This document shows, one piece after another, positions 24,108 to 27,386 of a DNA stretch of 27,386 nucleotides; position 1 is the stretch's first letter; each line of letters starts with the position of its first letter. The notes beneath the pieces are model-generated. The model was not told where the DNA came from and did not search any database. It saw only the letters and a program-made list of their open reading frames with translations. A program made the translations under genes and the position numbers. This stretch comes from Nanopusillaceae archaeon (GTDB lineage Archaea > Nanobdellota > Nanobdellia > Nanobdellales > Nanobdellaceae): the NCBI GenBank assembly GCA_049974095.1, contig JBMFJD010000009.1, forward strand, positions 1 through 27,386. The letters are read 5' to 3'.

Positions 24108-25231
24108 GTGCTAGAGATTTAATAGATGATTATAAAAAAAGAGATGGATTGTTAGGATTGTTAAGAGAATTTAGGGATAAATTGATTAATGATTTTCAAA
24201 ATGAATTTACTAGAATATGGAAAGAGGCATTTCCAAGTTCTAATATAGAAGTTATACCATTAGAGGCTGTTGGAAGATTTCTTGGTGTATTTGTATCTGC
24301 ATATACTAGAGCTAGAAAAGATAGAAAAGCAAAATTAGATCCATATTTAAAAGAGTTTACAGATTTATATAATAGGTATAGGAATATAATGTCAAATATA
24401 ACATTTGGTCAATTATTAAGATTAATAGCTACAGGAGAGAGATTGAGAGAAACGATTAATGGTACTACATATATGGAATTCTTAGTAAGATTACATGATT
24501 GGATAGATGAGATAGTATTTATATTTAAGATGAGCGAACAAAATATAAGACCATATTTCCCAGATATCTATAATTATTACGATAAAATGGTTAAGGTATT
24601 AGTAGATGTATCTACCGATTATGTTGGAGGTGTATGGGAAGGTGCATTCGAATTTATATTTGGAGGGTTTATTCATCTTGATAACTTCATGTATGAGGTT
24701 ACAAATGATTTAGATATAGGTACCTGGGAACCTTTTGTATATTATATTGTTAAATTAATAAAAATATTAGCTATAGCTGCAGGATATGATGTTGTATTTC
24801 CACCAGACTTCTTTAGTCCAGAAGAATCAAGTTCTGGATATGGAGCTGCAGGGGATTGGGAATATCTATTAAGAGTATATCCAAAAGAAAGTATTGGTAC
24901 AGATGCTGCGAAGATAACTGAAGATACTTTATTATCTATGGCAGCTCAGGTTGGTGTTGATGTAAAAGATGATGTTGCTGAATTAAAGAAGGCTGATAAA
25001 GATCTTAGAAGGATGGTTGATGAATTTCCTGCATATTTCTATGTTGTAGCATTAACTGGAGGGATGTATAGAGAAAGGGTAGTATATAAAGGGTATATAC
25101 CATGGGATTTCTTAGCATATCCTATACAGGAAATAGCTAATAAGTTACAGAAGATTAAATATGCTGTAAGACCAAGGAGAAGAGGACATAGATCTCCAAG
25201 GAGACCTAGATATAGATATTGGACTTACTGA
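24104..25231 (+). CDS. Hypothetical protein with an Arg-rich C-terminal tail
   Basis: 375 aa. It ends AVRPRRRGHRSPRRPRYRYWTY, a possible nucleic-acid-binding tail. It is the last gene of the coupled operon. Confidence 0.6.
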   Translation: MSARDLIDDYKKRDGLLGLLREFRDKLINDFQNEFTRIWKEAFPSSNIEVIPLEAVGRFLGVFVSAYTRARKDRKAKLDPYLKEFTDLYNRYRNIMSNITFGQLLRLIATGERLRETINGTTYMEFLVRLHDWIDEIVFIFKMSEQNIRPYFPDIYNYYDKMVKVLVDVSTDYVGGVWEGAFEFIFGGFIHLDNFMYEVTNDLDIGTWEPFVYYIVKLIKILAIAAGYDVVFPPDFFSPEESSSGYGAAGDWEYLLRVYPKESIGTDAAKITEDTLLSMAAQVGVDVKDDVAELKKADKDLRRMVDEFPAYFYVVALTGGMYRERVVYKGYIPWDFLAYPIQEIANKLQKIKYAVRPRRRGHRSPRRPRYRYWTY

Positions 25232-25878
25232 GAGAATATATATACTGATGCAAATAATATAAGTAATCCTATTGTTGCAGATACTATAAATGTAGGTATA
25301 TATATTGTTGGTCCACTAGATATTGCAAACGGATATAAGAATGAAGTAGTTGCTAGGTGTCCTGTAACAAATCCTGCAGCTATACCAAAACCTGCCAATA
25401 TTGCTACTGTTGTTGCCTTATCTGATGTTATTTTTCCCCAAGCAACATTAACTAATGTATAGAATATCAATGCAATTGATGCACCAATAATAATAAATCC
25501 TAGCCATGCTCCTATAGTCTCTATTGGAGTACCATACTGACCTGTTAATAATTGTACAATATAAGATATTGCTGCAGTTGGTCCTTTTGCTCCTAATACT
25601 TCTAGTGTTGTACCTGTTACTGCCTTCTTAGCTAATGAGTATCCTAATGCTCCAATCAATGGGAAGAATAATAATAATGGATTGAACGGTTCTCTCCTTG
25701 CTATAAATAATGCTATATAATATAATAATAATAGTGACAGACCAAACCCTAATGCAAAGTCAATAAAACCTGCATATAATGATAGTACAGGATTTGTTGT
25801 TATACTATTGTATCCTATATATAATAATACCAAACCTACTACTAATAGGGCAATATATATCTTATTGATCTTATCCAT
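25225..25878 (-). CDS. Polytopic integral membrane protein
   Basis: 217 aa with about 6-7 hydrophobic helices rich in G/A/I/L. Its 3' end overlaps the convergent gene by 7 nt. Confidence 0.7.
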   Translation of the reverse strand: MDKINKIYIALLVVGLVLLYIGYNSITTNPVLSLYAGFIDFALGFGLSLLLLYYIALFIARREPFNPLLLFFPLIGALGYSLAKKAVTGTTLEVLGAKGPTAAISYIVQLLTGQYGTPIETIGAWLGFIIIGASIALIFYTLVNVAWGKITSDKATTVAILAGFGIAAGFVTGHLATTSFLYPFAISSGPTIYIPTFIVSATIGLLILFASVYIFSQ

Positions 25879-25911
25879 TATTTTATAATTATTTTTACGT
25901 ATTTTAAATAT

Positions 25912-26508
25912 ATGGACAACAAGTATTTGTATGCGTTGTATTTACACTATAGGGCACTATTTAATACATATAGTGATATGTATACAGCATATATGTATAT
26001 AGATATAGACAATGGTTTTATTAGATCTATAGCGATGTTAATTCCTAGAGATGAAATAAAACAAGAGAATGATGTTGTATATAGTGAAAGAATATTAAAG
26101 GAGACAATATTCTATGGTGAAGAACAAGGAATAGTCAATAGAATAGATAAATATGTGTATAATAAGATTGTTGGAAAACTTGTAGTGTACAATTTTGATA
26201 GCATAAATATATTAATTAATAAGGCAAAGTTGTATAATGCTAGTAATCTATATAAATTCTTAACTGTTCCAATAATTTTTGATCTATCATATCCAGTATC
26301 ATTATATATGTATAAAAAAAGTAATGAATTAAGATTATATACAATAGATGAAGCAATAAATGATATACTTAAAGAAAAAAATGAAGAACAAGATATTCCA
26401 AAGAGAAGCATAAAATATGTTAATTATATGAAAAAAATGTATGATATATTAAAAGAAGAATTCATGAATAGAGAGATGGCTACCTTATTTATTAATATTA
26501 GACTCTAA
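25912..26508 (+). CDS. Hypothetical protein
   Basis: 198-aa ORF, divergent from the membrane protein gene across a 33-bp A/T spacer. No recognisable motifs. Confidence 0.55.
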   Translation: MDNKYLYALYLHYRALFNTYSDMYTAYMYIDIDNGFIRSIAMLIPRDEIKQENDVVYSERILKETIFYGEEQGIVNRIDKYVYNKIVGKLVVYNFDSINILINKAKLYNASNLYKFLTVPIIFDLSYPVSLYMYKKSNELRLYTIDEAINDILKEKNEEQDIPKRSIKYVNYMKKMYDILKEEFMNREMATLFINIRL

Positions 26509-26718
26509 AATATTAAGTATTTTATCTAGCTTTTCTTTTATCTCTTTTATCTCGTTCTCTAAGTTAAAATTATTTGATTTATTTGACATCTTTGTTATTA
26601 CATCATAACCTAATAATATAAGATATGATAGCTTTAGATTTCTTCTTTTTATATCCTCATATACATCATATGGTATTGTCGTTGTGATATTCTTGAATTT
26701 TCTTTCTTTCTTGTCCAT
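26485..26718 (-). CDS. Ribbon-helix-helix (CopG/Arc-like) DNA-binding protein with a C-terminal coiled coil
   Basis: KFKNITTTIPYDVYEDIKRRNLKLSYLILLGYDVI fits the RHH layout of beta strand, helix, helix. The tail ENEIKEIKEKLDKILNILE is heptad-like. Confidence 0.55.
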   Translation of the reverse strand: MDKKERKFKNITTTIPYDVYEDIKRRNLKLSYLILLGYDVITKMSNKSNNFNLENEIKEIKEKLDKILNILESNINK

Positions 26719-26734
26719 AAGATATATTTAAATG

Positions 26735-26756
26735 AAACACATATAAGTATTTGTTT
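26735..26756. promoter_or_regulatory. Extended TATA promoter motif aaacacatataagtatttgttt (identical to 14300-14321)
   Basis: The TATA core lies about 26 nt from the minus-strand ATG at 26718, giving the same geometry as the inverted copy at 18708-18726. It could also serve the plus-strand ORF at 26808, but only with a leader. Confidence 0.45.
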
Positions 26757-26807
26757 CAAATATATTAAACAAATAATACATAAAAATGAATATTAAATAT
26801 ATTATTA

Positions 26808-27386
26808 ATGGATAGAAAAATTTTGGCTATGATACCATTGATGGGGGTACTGGCAGCAGTTCCAATATTTTCTCAAGGATTACAAGCACAACTAGTTGGT
26901 ATATATAATATACCACCAGTAGGAACTAATAGCTTAGTAATATCTAATGGATATGTTAACCTACCATTTATGACATCAAACGGGACATTGGTAGTAAAGA
27001 CAAAACATGGCAATTTTAATATAGTATTCCATGGAGAAATGACTGTTACAGAGAATGGAACAAATGAAACTGTAGTAGAGTTTATACATGAAAATAGAGT
27101 AACATATATTAGTATGGTTGTTTATGAAAATATGACAGGAATAACAGAGAAATTTATAGAGCATTATGTAAATACATATGGAGTAAATCTAACACAAAAT
27201 ATTACAATAGAACCAGTTGATAATGATACATTTGAACTAGAAACAACAGAGAATGCTACAGCAATGTTATTAGGATTTATACCAAAACATGTAGTAATAG
27301 GAGAACAAATGTATGTAAATGCAACAAACGGTGATATAGAACAAACAGTAGATATAAGGCCATGGTGGTGGTGGTTAATATTTGGT
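26808..27386 (+). CDS. Secreted glycoprotein, 5' part (runs off the window end; absent from the ORF track)
   Basis: From the ATG at 26808 there are 193 codons with no stop up to the window edge. The signal peptide is MDRKILAMIPLMGVLAAVPIFSQG. Many N-x-T sequons are present (NGT, NET, NMT, NLT, NIT, NDT, NAT). Confidence 0.65.
   Translation, partial: MDRKILAMIPLMGVLAAVPIFSQGLQAQLVGIYNIPPVGTNSLVISNGYVNLPFMTSNGTLVVKTKHGNFNIVFHGEMTVTENGTNETVVEFIHENRVTYISMVVYENMTGITEKFIEHYVNTYGVNLTQNITIEPVDNDTFELETTENATAMLLGFIPKHVVIGEQMYVNATNGDIEQTVDIRPWWWWLIFG

Noticed and set aside
393-27164. Many ORF-track entries lie antisense to, or out of frame within, longer genes: 393..677, 720..1034, 1788..2075, 2858..3040, 3119..3301, 3450..3749, 3605..3859, 4438..4635, 5260..5634, 5788..6003, 6509..6745, 10046..10540, 10387..10599, 12995..13180, 13705..13947, 14104..14346, 17091..17285, 26112..26411 and 26976..27164.
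   Set aside because: They are fully nested in longer ORFs that have clear protein-like features. Their translations are low-complexity L/I/Y/F/S-rich strings, typical of shadow frames in AT-rich DNA. Where they recur (12995..13180 and 14104..14346), this simply mirrors the paralogy of the sense genes.
1-27386. tRNA, rRNA or C/D-box sRNA genes, and integrase or attachment sites.
   Set aside because: I found no GTTCGAAT-type T-loop or cloverleaf, no rRNA-like GC-rich segments, and no convincing RTGATGA...CTGA pair in intergenic DNA. No tyrosine or serine recombinase motifs appear in any ORF. The integration status cannot be judged from this window.
1-27386. Alternative genetic code (stop-codon reassignment).
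   Set aside because: The long ORFs are intact and tightly packed under the standard code. There is no pattern of in-frame TGA/TAG/TAA interrupting otherwise conserved paralogs.

Overview
This window is very AT-rich (roughly three-quarters A+T by eye) and densely coded. It has no rRNA, tRNA or housekeeping genes, and most ORFs have no recognisable family. I read it as an archaeal-type mobile genetic element (virus or plasmid, free or integrated), and that reading is inference.

Layout: two gene blocks diverge from a ~1.1 kb non-coding region (6694-7786). That region holds a ~650 bp imperfect palindrome closed by perfect 27-bp inverted repeats, with a ~100 bp almost pure A/T core. It is a candidate replication origin, or alternatively a head-to-head junction of terminal inverted repeats.

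Rightward block:
- two small HTH-like proteins
- a full-length MCM helicase
- three tandem paralogous secreted glycoprotein cassettes, each with its own near-identical promoter
- a second MCM-derived pair: a stand-alone AAA+ core with intact motifs, followed by a full-length MCM-like ORF whose Walker A is destroyed
- a small orphan RAMP/Cas6-like protein
- a translationally coupled operon (18742-25231) containing a giant Thr-rich anchored glycoprotein, a coiled-coil protein, a polytopic membrane protein and a protein with an Arg-rich tail

Leftward block:
- a membrane protein plus a large anchored glycoprotein
- a paralogous pair of unknown proteins
- a non-coding locus with four 23-nt direct repeats and GC-richer spacers, framed by a TATA box and an oligo-T tract
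- a possible HTH protein
- a wHTH-AAA+ ATPase convergent with a vWA-like gene fragment

A ~20-nt extended TATA motif recurs about 25 nt upstream of six start codons, in either orientation, which suggests leaderless transcripts. All functional calls come from motif reading of the translations only. No searches were run.
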